Shown one piece after another: positions 54,731 through 64,000 of a stretch of 64,000 nucleotides of DNA; position 1 is the first letter of the stretch; each line of letters opens with the position of its first letter. The notes below the pieces were generated by a model. It made no database searches and was not told the DNA's origin. It was given only the letters and a program-made list of their open reading frames with translations. The stretch comes from Camelus dromedarius. Its lineage: Eukaryota. Made by a program: the position numbers and the translations under genes. The stretch lies in assembly GCF_036321535.1 (NCBI RefSeq), contig NC_087437.1, positions 37,760,001 to 37,824,000 of the forward strand, read 5' to 3'.

Positions 54731-57351
54731 ATAGTCATGGTTATTTTCAGGAGCAGAGAATGGAAGATGCAAGAATTCTGGTGAACTTCCAGACTGCCCC
54801 CCCCCAAATGTAATGTAAGTCCTTTGAAATTATGTCAAGTTGTCCTACTTCAGTTTGTAGAGCTTTGGGAAAAGAACAGCTATTATACAACCTAGAGTCT
54901 CAAAAAAGATCTCGACAGTCAGTTTTAGTGCTCAGTGACACCAAGTCAAGAGAGTGGGAGATAAACTGGAAACATTAATTATTGACAAATTAATTACTGG
55001 AAAATGCTCAAGATTTCAGGATCCAGTTTACAGAGGGGTGAAAAATAGCTCAGAGATGGTGAACAGGACCAGAATCTGATAAGCCACATGGTGGATTATA
55101 GATTTCCATTGAAACATAAAATTTCTCTCTACAAAAGCTCCCATTGTTCAAAGATAATCAAAGTAAGATTATTTTTGTTTCCAAACTAAGTCTAGTCTTA
55201 TTAAATTTGTCCTATATATTTACATAAGTGCAGCAACAATAGTAATTGAACATAGGCTTCTTTTTAAGTTTGCTTTACTGGAACCTTTTTAAAGGGTGCC
55301 TTAGATTGGACTTTTAGAAGCCAAGCCAGGAACTCATCATACTTCACTTGCAGTACTTAGAGATTGGATGGCTTCCTCTCTTCTCAAGGTGACCCCCAAT
55401 ATCCTAAGTTTCCTGGGCCTGCCAGGAAGAGACCTTCTTCTCTTATCTGTAAGTCCAAAACCCTCATATGCTATTATCAGGTCAGTTTTTCCCAAAAGGG
55501 CTTTATAAGCATTGGCTCATAAAGTCAACCTTAGTTCCTTAAAACTGTCTAGTCACATCTGATTCTATGCACATCATTCTCAAATATAACATTCCTGTTA
55601 AAGCCTTGATAATAGGATCAATTTTCCCAATTATGTCCTGTTACAAGAACTGATTCTCACTGAATTTATGCAAATAGCTGTATTGCCATGTAAGAATACT
55701 TAATGAGAGTTTCTGAATTCTAGAGTAATCAGATAGGGGGAAAAGATAAATGTTTCATTTCTGTTTATAAATGTGTAGTCTACTAAATTTTTGTAAGTTA
55801 TAGATAACTTAGGAGAAAAGAAAAAAAGGGTTTTCTTAAATCTAGAAAATTGAACATTAAAGAACCAGCAATGTTCCAAAAATGTTCATAGAAAAACCTT
55901 ATAATTATTTATTACTTCACTTAATCCCATGTAATTAATTCTTGTTCTGCTTGATCTTGTGTTAGTAGTTTCATGAACACATCAGCTTCTTCACCAGAAT
56001 CCTAGAAGTCCTTATTCAGTCCAGTGCTATGATTTCAAAGTTATTAACACTATCAAAAGACTATATCTCAGAGTACCTGTCATGGTTCTTTCCATGGGAC
56101 TCTGAGTCAGTCCTTTTTGTTGAAGATGAAGGATCTGGCTTGTAGCTGGTTACAAAAGTTTTCAGGAAAACATCAGATTAAAATGCTAACTGTGGATTAT
56201 AAGAGACTTAAAATAGCTGTGGTTAAATATCTGAATAGAGTTCATTAAAATAATGTAATTTACAGGTAAATTTGGTTTTCTATGGCTTACAAAATATTAA
56301 ATGTAAATGGAATTACTGATGAAAACATTATACTATTGTTTTCTACCACTGGACAAAGCAACATAAGGACATATTGTGGACAGCAAGGGCATTGAAACAT
56401 TTCTAGAAATTTTATGTAATTTCTGAAATACTTATATTGATAAAATTTACCTATACAAATATAACCTAGGAAACGTTAAGCATCTCTTTTTATCTGACAA
56501 TGTTTTTCATGCCAGTCAATGTATCAAATAAACCTGGTGACTTTTTAAACATTCCTCTTTTTACAAGGTGAAAGAACACACTCTGAGATTTTTAGGGGCC
56601 CTTTGGGAAATCTCAAAGTCAGGTCAAGACCAAGATTTTATTTAGGATTTGATTTTAGGAAGGCAAAATATCAAAAGTTGTCAAAAATGTCAAAATTTTT
56701 GAACACTCTTAAATAGAATCACAGGTCACAATAAAACAATTCTTTGTTATCTATTCAACCAAAGTGACAATAATAGACTTAGAAAGTATAAGTAGGTGGC
56801 AATATGACTGTAAAACAAATAAAAAACCCACTTAAATTCTTTAACAGAAAATGTGTTTCTCTTAAATAATTGAAGACATGGTAAAGACAACATAAAACTT
56901 GAAAAACCATTACAGTAAGATACAGAATCTTTCTTTCCCAGATTATGTAAAAAAGTAAAGAAAAACCATGTACTTTCTTATTAAGAGTAGACTACTAATT
57001 CAAGAAACTTTGTCTTTTTAAGAGAAAACCAAGCTTAAGTTCTGCATTGGTACATTGCTATTATAGCTCATTTTAAACTCTTATAGTAAATCCATTTAAT
57101 CTTAGGTATCTTGATCACACATGGTAAGAAATTCTCTCCTCTCTTCCTCCTCTCTCTCTTCCACTGTCATTCTTTGTCTCCTTTTCTTTACTGTAGACCC
57201 TTTACAACTTTCGATATCCATCTAGGTTTTTGTCCTATGCTCTCTTTATTTTCCTCATTTGGGAACAACCTTTAAACAACCTGTAAACAACTACTTTAGG
57301 ACAAAATTACTCTTTTTTCCCCCTAACATCCTACATTCCTTAAAAACTTTT

Positions 57352-57817
57352 TGTGATGGTTAGTTTTTATTTGTTAACTTGACTGAGACATGAGGCACCC
57401 TGATGAAACATTATTTCTGGCTGTGTCTGTGAGGTTATTTCTGGGTGAGATTACATTTGAATTGATGAACTAGCTAAAGCAGATTACCTTCCCCAATGTG
57501 ACTGGGCATTATCCAGCCCACTGGGAGCCTGAATAGAAGAAAATGGCAGAGTAAGAACAAATTCATTTTCTCTGTCTGATTGCTTGAGCTGGACATCAGT
57601 CTCCTTGTGCCCTCTACTGGAACTTACATCATTGGCTCTCCTGGTTCTCAGAGCTACAACACAGGCATTCTTGAGGCTGCAGCCTGCATATGGCATATCA
57701 TGAGATTTCTCAGCCTGCATAATTGCATAAGCCAGTACTCTATAATAAATCGTATCTATCTATCTATCTATCAGTATCCTGTTAGTTCTCTTTCTCTGGA
57801 GAACCCTGACAGATACA
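57352..57817 (+). mobile_element. ERVL solo LTR (MLT2A/B-like)
   Basis: tgtgatggttagttttt...aaacattatttctggctgtgtctgtgagg...tctctggagaaccctgacagataca; TSD ctttt/ttttt. Confidence 0.92.
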
Positions 57818-59013
57818 TTTTTCATATAAAGGTTGTTTTGTTTTTTTGTTTGTTTGTTTGCTTTTCCTCTTTACCCTTATTGTTTAGAGTGGTTTCGTGT
57901 ATACATATGTACATTTTTTTAAATGATTAGTAACCTTTACTTAACGGAGAGAATGAGAAAATAGATAATTATGAATTGCTTGTCATGTCATATACCAGCT
58001 TTCTGTAGTAGATTAGCAAATTTTCATGAATATATCATTTTACAATTTCTAGAGGCATATGCTTCTTTATAGTACAATTTTTTAATGTGATAGGAAGGAC
58101 ATGGTTATTAACTAATTCAAATATCCTCAGTCCTTCTGTAAGAAGTCAAATTTTATATATTTGAACTTATTTTTATAGCTAATGTTTCAACATTTTATCT
58201 TATTTAGAAATAATCTGTATATTGAGTATCTATTACATAACTTAGAATAACTCTAAGGTTTCAAGTTCCCAAAAAGATTTTGGAAACTACTTTTAAGGAG
58301 ATATATTATAAGGTAAAATTATTGTGGAAATAAAGTTTGTCAGAATAATGACTCAGTTTGATTAAAATCAAATCTATGTGTTTTATAATTAAATATCTAG
58401 TAGATATAACCTTATTTTACTAGTAAGTCCAGGTGGAATAAAACTGTTTGTCTTCATTATAGTTAATGCTAACAACTCTGAAGACATACCAGTTTTACTA
58501 AACTGACAATATTAAACTAATCTTATTCACCAGAGGTTTATCCAAATCATATGAATTTGAAAAGCAATTAGATTGCCTTTTATATTTCTGAGAATTTTAG
58601 AACTATTTAATTTATGTAAGTGCTTATTTTACTCTAAGCCAATAGAAAAGAGCTCCTTTATTAATTTGGTAATATCATTTGAAGGTAGAAAATGTCACAT
58701 ATATATAACATATATACATACAGATAGACAAATGCAGGTAGAGATCTTTATGGCTTTCATTATGAAAATTTTAATAATGAATCAGGCATAAATAGAATAA
58801 CACAAAAGTCACTAGTTTCCGTATGAGTCAATTCTTATCTTTGCTCCACTTTATATTTTAATCTGAATTGTGTTTCTAGAAGGAACATGTTGTTACCTGC
58901 TCAATTTGAGGGCTAGAGCTTTCCTTCGGTATTTACGGAGACTTTTAAGATTTTCTCTTGTCCTGCCATATACTCTTATTGAGGCTGTGGACTAGATTTT
59001 GTTTCCAATTAAG

Positions 59014-59014
<1 letters not shown>

Positions 59015-59045
<31 letters not shown>
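59015..59045. repeat. Poly-T tract (~31 nt)
   Basis: Seen directly. Confidence 0.9.
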
Positions 59046-59046
<1 letters not shown>

Positions 59047-59775
59047 AGAGTCCTTGATTCCTTTGAGATTCACTGAGGAGTAGCAGGGGGGCCTAAAGTT
59101 CCAGTAACTACAGAGAATTGAGGGGCTGGAGTAGGAAGGGAAGGTCTTAGTGAAGCCAGCTTCAGAGGATGACATTTCTCAAAGGAGCCATTAAACTTCT
59201 AGATTATCCTTAGAGGTTTCTTCCAAAAAAAGAAGCTTGGGATTCTAACCTAGCTTCAGAGAGTATACTCATTTTAATGTGGCTCAACCCAAAAGAGTTT
59301 TTATGGCTTAATTATGGACACAAAATTTGTCCCCAAAGGACACAGAAAATGTAGTCCCCATACCAAAAAATAGTCAAAGAGAAAAAAGCAAGGACACTCA
59401 TTGCTATAGGCAGTAAGCAAAGGCGACAGGAGAGAACGAAGAGTCCTTATGGGCTGAGACCTTGTATTTTTGCTCAAATGAAATCCCGGAAAGCTGGCAA
59501 TGATCAGTAAGATGACAGCAGCAAATGGGCTGTCCAGGTTGCCCACATTTCTGCCCAGCTGGCTACAAATAACTCAGCCCCCAACCTAACCTCCAATCAC
59601 AGATCTCACAATTTGCCCTCCAGCCCCACCCCAGGCAAGCAGAAAACCAAAGAGAACTCTCTCTGGATCCAAGCCAAGTTTTTAGGATATAAAATTAAGA
59701 TGGAAGGAGAACCTTATCCAGTGCTACTGGTGACCCACAAACTCACCAGCCTGTGAGGTGGGTTCAAGCAACAGG

Positions 59776-60244
59776 TGTTGAGGAGGACAAATTTTTTCTC
59801 TACCCATCTTGGTTCTTTGGCAGATCTAATAATCAAATTAGCAGAAGACAGATTAACAGGAGAAAAATAATTAGGTACATATGTGGGAGCCTCTTTAAAA
59901 TATGAGACCCAAAGGCAGTCAAGCAGTTGAGGCTGATACACCATCCTAAGCTAAGGAATGGGATAGGGCTGCAGGGCTTCAAAGAGGAGGAGGGTTAATT
60001 CATAGGACACTGGGAAAAGCAGATATTTGGTAATTAGATGTTTACTCTAATAAACATAGGTCATTTAGATAAAAGTTTTCTCTGGCAATAACTTTCTCTT
60101 TCTGAGTCAGAACCCCTCTAAATTATTTTAGACAATTGAAGAGGAGGTAAAAAGCTCTTCCTGTATCTTTTAGAACTGCAATGTTTTCAACTCAAAGCAA
60201 TCCACAATGGCACAGTTTGGGGAGGGTAGTTCCGAACCCTTTCA
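59776..60244 (-). mobile_element. MER34-like ERV1 solo LTR (469 bp)
   Basis: TG...CA termini; TSD cagg (59772-59775 / 60245-60248); minus strand begins tgaaagggttcggaactaccctccccaaa. Confidence 0.88.
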
Positions 60245-60424
60245 CAGGCTTATAAGATGTATGCCTGTGTTCTACCTTATGATTCTCCACAAAACCACAG
60301 CACAAAAGAGAAGGACAAACAGGATACAGTAGTGATATATATACATCAAGAGTCACAATATCCAGAGAACTAGTTCTAACCTAAAGTTTTCTACTATAAA
60401 TCTAAATTTTGAAAAATCTCTTTT

Positions 60425-60901
60425 TTTTACATTTTTTTTCATTGAAGTATAGTTGATTTATGATGTGTTAGTTTCAGGTGTACAGTAAAGTGATTCAGAT
60501 ATATATAGATAGATAGAGATATAGATATATAAATCTTTTTTTTCAGATTCTTTTCCTTTATAGGTCATTACAAGATATTGAATATAATTCCTTGTGCTGT
60601 ATAGTAAGCCCTTGTTGGTTATCTACTTTATATATAGTAATGTGAATATGTTAATCCCAAACTCCTAATTTATCACCCTCCTTTCTCCTTTGATAACCAT
60701 AAATTTGTTTTCTGTGTTTGTGATTTTGTTTCTGTTTTGTAAATAAGTTCATTTGTATCATCTTTTTAGACTCCACTTATAAGTGATGTCATATGATATT
60801 TGTCCTTCTCTGACTTACTTCACTTAGTACGATAATCTCTAGGTCTATCCATGTTGCTGCAGATGGCATTATTTCTTTCTTTTTATGGCTGAGTAGTACT
60901 C

Positions 60902-60938
<37 letters not shown>

Positions 60939-60976
60939 TATACACCACACCACAACTTCTTTATCTATTCATCTGT
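60425..60976 (-). mobile_element. 5'-truncated L1 3'UTR with a (TA)n tract at ~60907-60942
   Basis: attgaagtatagttgatttatgatgtgttagtttcaggtgtacagtaaagtgattcag...; left TSD copy tgaaaaatctctttt at 60410-60424. Confidence 0.92.
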
Positions 60977-61648
60977 TTTTTTATTTTAATTACAGCTGTT
61001 ATTAAACCTAATGTGTCTAAAGTGATGTAATTTCAACATGTAATCAGAGATAAACAATTATTAATGTTACCAGGAGGAGGAAAATAAGAGTTACCTCAGT
61101 TTTTAGTCGCCTGAAAAAAATATGAATTTTTAACAAGAGACAGAAAACGTGATATAAACAAGATTTCATTAGTAAAAAAGTAGTAAAATATAGTGAAATC
61201 CTGAGAATTGGGAGCGGGCCGATCCAAGAGAGGAAAAATGACGCCTCTCCTTTGTTTCTCCTGTATGTCCTGGCTTAGGGGTGCTTTTGTGACTGATTGA
61301 TTGATGGCTCAGTTCCTTGTGCTCAGGCATGCCCATCCTTTTTGTCCAGGTTCTTACCCATGAAGCACACAGAGAAATCAACAGGAGGGGGCTCAAACTG
61401 CAATGTTAATTACATTACAATGAGCACTGGGTCAGGTTGAGCCAAGTCATTCTCTCTACTGTGCAACTGCAGTGTTCAGTCCTAGCTGGCTTCCTTGTTG
61501 GCCCTCACTCAGAGAAAGTAAGTCTTTGGAACCCCTTATCCCTAGCACAGGTGTACTGTTATTTTCTGGGTTGTTCCTTTCCCCTTTCTCTCCCCCTGCC
61601 TGGTGCTCATTTCTACCTCACTGCCTAACATTAGTGCAATATTTTACA
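60977..61648 (+). mobile_element. ~105 bp MER33-like fragment (60977-61064 and 61631-61648) split by a solo LTR
   Basis: atttcaacatgtaatcagagataaacaattattaa | tgcaatattttacat reads continuously against recalled MER33 (atttcaacatgtaatcaatataaaaattattaatgagatattttacat). Confidence 0.7.
61065..61630 (-). mobile_element. ERV1 solo LTR (566 bp), same family as 51824-52436
   Basis: tgttaccagg...gcctaaca termini; TSD ttaa/ttag; reverse complement aligns along the 51824 LTR. Confidence 0.92.
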
Positions 61649-61837
61649 TGAAAAATCTCTTTTAGAAAATGCAAGAAGAGGCTCTTACTGCCTCTGAGCA
61701 GAGACCCGTGAGCAGAGATCCAGGAATCAGACTGTTAAAAATAGTTCACCATTGTTGGCTTATTCAGAGGCTTGAGATCTCAGCTGCAGTCTTTACCAAG
61801 CAGAGAGTCCCCACCACCCTGTCCTAGTCAAGAAGAC

Positions 61838-62294
61838 CGTTGAAAGGAAAAGCTTTCTTCTCTTCCAGCTCAGGTCGGGTAGTGAGGGCCTGCCAGTTGA
61901 CTGACAATTGACAGATGAACTGGAGAAGACACAGTTTATTTATACTTGCACGTGGGAGTTGCTCAGTGATAAGTAAGTAACTGACTAGCCAGAGATAATA
62001 GTGTATATACCACACTTAACAAAAAGGGAAAGTGTAGGGCAACAATGGGAAAGTATGAAAGGTGCTACTGGGCTTTTTTGATATTAACGGGAATGGGCAG
62101 TCTGTCTTCTCAGCAGCTGAATTCACGGAAACTCCTTCAGAGGAGGGTTAATGGCAACCCTATTTTCAGAAGGCCCTGCTTTAGTTGGTTGAGGGAAATC
62201 CAGATAAGAGTTCTTTTTGGATCCTCTGCAGCTCAAATGTTTTTACTTTATAATAATCTTTATACCAACTCTGGAATCTGAGTGTGTCCCTATA
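61838..62294 (-). mobile_element. Putative 5' LTR of provirus (MER34-like)
   Basis: Direct repeat of 53543-54005. Confidence 0.8.
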
Positions 62295-62596
62295 GTTAAT
62301 TAATTATAACATTTCAGAAGTTTTTAATTAGGTTGGATTGAATTTAAACAACAAAACAAAAGCATACAAATTATGGAATAGACATGAGAATTGAAAATAA
62401 AATTAATTGTTCAGGACATACCACAGAGAAAATTAGTAAGTTAATACAAATATACACATATTCTAGGAAAATTTCCTCCACTTCTCTTTATCTCAGTTTA
62501 TCAGAGTCTAAATCTCAGCCAGGAAGGTGTTAAATTATGTCCTCTTAAACATTACACAAGATAGGCCACCATAGGTAACGTCACAATACTCAAACC

Positions 62597-63118
62597 TATC
62601 GACTAAAATAAAATAACGAAATGTGAGAGTTGCGGGTTAAGTTTTATTTGGGGCAAAATGTGGACGATAGCCTGGGAGACAGCATCTCAGATAGCTCTGA
62701 GAAACTGTTCCAAAGAAGCAGGGAGAAAACTCAGTATTATATATGATTTCAGTAAAAGGGGGCACCTACAGTCAAAGGCAATGTAGTTGGCACATTTAGG
62801 CAGAGACTTGCTGCTAGCCACGAGGATCGGATTTCACAGTTAGTGATTTTAGTGCTTTTCTAGATATGAGGAGACGCAAGAATTGGGCTCATAAAACCTT
62901 CTGAAAATATCTAACTAACAATTGGAAGGCCTGTTCAGCCAGTTTTCCCAGGCACAGAGCACCTCATTCCTGATCTCCATCCTGAACTCCTTTCAGGGAG
63001 TGCTGGAGGTCAGTGGCTGCAGCAGCTTATGATTTAATCCAAGCAGAGGTAGATGGCAAGTGCCAACATGGTTCAATCCTTGTAGAGGCAGATGGCAAGG
63101 GCCAATTTTTGGTTAGCA
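62597..63118 (-). mobile_element. ERV1 solo LTR (522 bp)
   Basis: TSD aacc (62593-62596 / 63119-63122); tttatt near the left end (minus-strand aataaa); internal repeat agagg(t/c)agatggcaag(t/g)gccaa. Confidence 0.85.
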
Positions 63119-64000
63119 AACCCGTATGTATCGACCGAGTTTTATTTCTAATACTGAGAAAACAGTCATAATCTGTCCTTACAGAGACATTATTGGGATG
63201 GTCTGCCTCTGCCTGTTTTGTGGTAATGTTAATGTTAAAATATGGAAAACAACCTCCCTGTTAATATATTATACCTGAAGTTACACTTTTAAAAAAATTT
63301 CTTTTCAGGCTCGTACTTAACAAAATTGAAGGTTCACTGCATTAAAACACAATGCTGAGTGGCATTGAATCTTTTTAATAAGAGATAACAGTTGAAAGAA
63401 AAGGAGAAAGAGGTGAGAAGGATGAGGAAGATGGAGTGATGCCAGGGAAAATAAAATTCTCATTTTACTCAAGAGCATGTGAAAGTTAAAGTGGTGGATA
63501 AGGAAAAAGAGGAAGTGCAAATACTTGATAGTTTGATGCAATCTGAAAGAGTTTTAAATGATAAAGGAAATGTGAAATGTGACTTACTTTCGTTTCTATT
63601 CATCTTCTTCTGGTGTTTCCTCTGTGGTTTACCTTGCCTTGCATTTTTAAAGGGAATTCAGGTCTTACCACTCTCCCATTGACTCTCCTCTGTGTTATTA
63701 GTACTTTCAGAGGCAGCATTCATTGTCACTGACAGACATACGTTTGTCTTTCTTATCAGATCCTTTTGGTAACTTTTTAAAAATTCACAGTCTCTACATC
63801 TGTAATTTCCTTTTCTCTTTGCATTAAGTTACTGAACATCTTTGTTCTCCTCCTTTCTTTCCCTTTATTTTCTTCCTCCTTTCACCGCTCTACGTCTGAC
63901 GCTTTATGCAATTCTCTGCCACAAATACCTCTGACTTAGCCATGTCTCTGTTCCTTGTGACACTTCTTGGATATTTTGTTGCTGGAAAAAATACCACCTC

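Larger units (their letters stand above)
53543..62294 (-). mobile_element. Degenerate non-coding ERV1 provirus with MER34-like LTRs, carrying nested insertions
   Basis: Direct-repeat LTRs at 53543-54005 and 61838-62294 (share ctactgggcttttttg, ctgctttagt, atctttataccaactc; ~75% by eye). Minus-strand polypurine tract aagtgggggaaa at 54006-54017 abuts the 3' LTR. No TSD or clean PBS recognisable. Confidence 0.75.

Noticed and set aside
54006..59775. Possible retained env (HEMO-like) in the MER34-like provirus
   Set aside because: No long ORF in any frame and no env motifs seen

Overview
AT-rich, CpG-poor mammalian genomic DNA dominated by decayed transposable elements. The younger L1 3'UTRs resemble camelid L1s, and I saw no ruminant, pig, carnivore or primate SINEs; camelid origin is an inference. 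No intact protein-coding gene, tRNA, rRNA or CRISPR array is visible. The supplied ORFs are L1/ERV remnants or chance frames. The left 47 kb holds L1, L2, MIR, MaLR/ERVL LTRs and hAT DNA transposons. The right 16 kb is a dense nested ERV1 cluster: two colinear MER4-group-like internal regions, one still bounded by MER34-like LTRs, plus several solo LTRs with readable target-site duplications (TSDs). The best observations concern retrotransposition mechanism. (1) An L1 at 42.6-44.4 kb has ~350 bp of ORF2 replaced by a ~311-bp copy of local DNA from 29.6 kb, plus a 5' inversion. (2) An L1 at 60.4-61.7 kb has a perfect 15-bp TSD enclosing a captured MER33-like fragment that itself contains a solo LTR. 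(3) An MLT2F-like LTR carries an antisense APOA4-like coding relic. I found no convincing evidence of a new biological system. Family names come from recalled consensus sequences, not from a database search.
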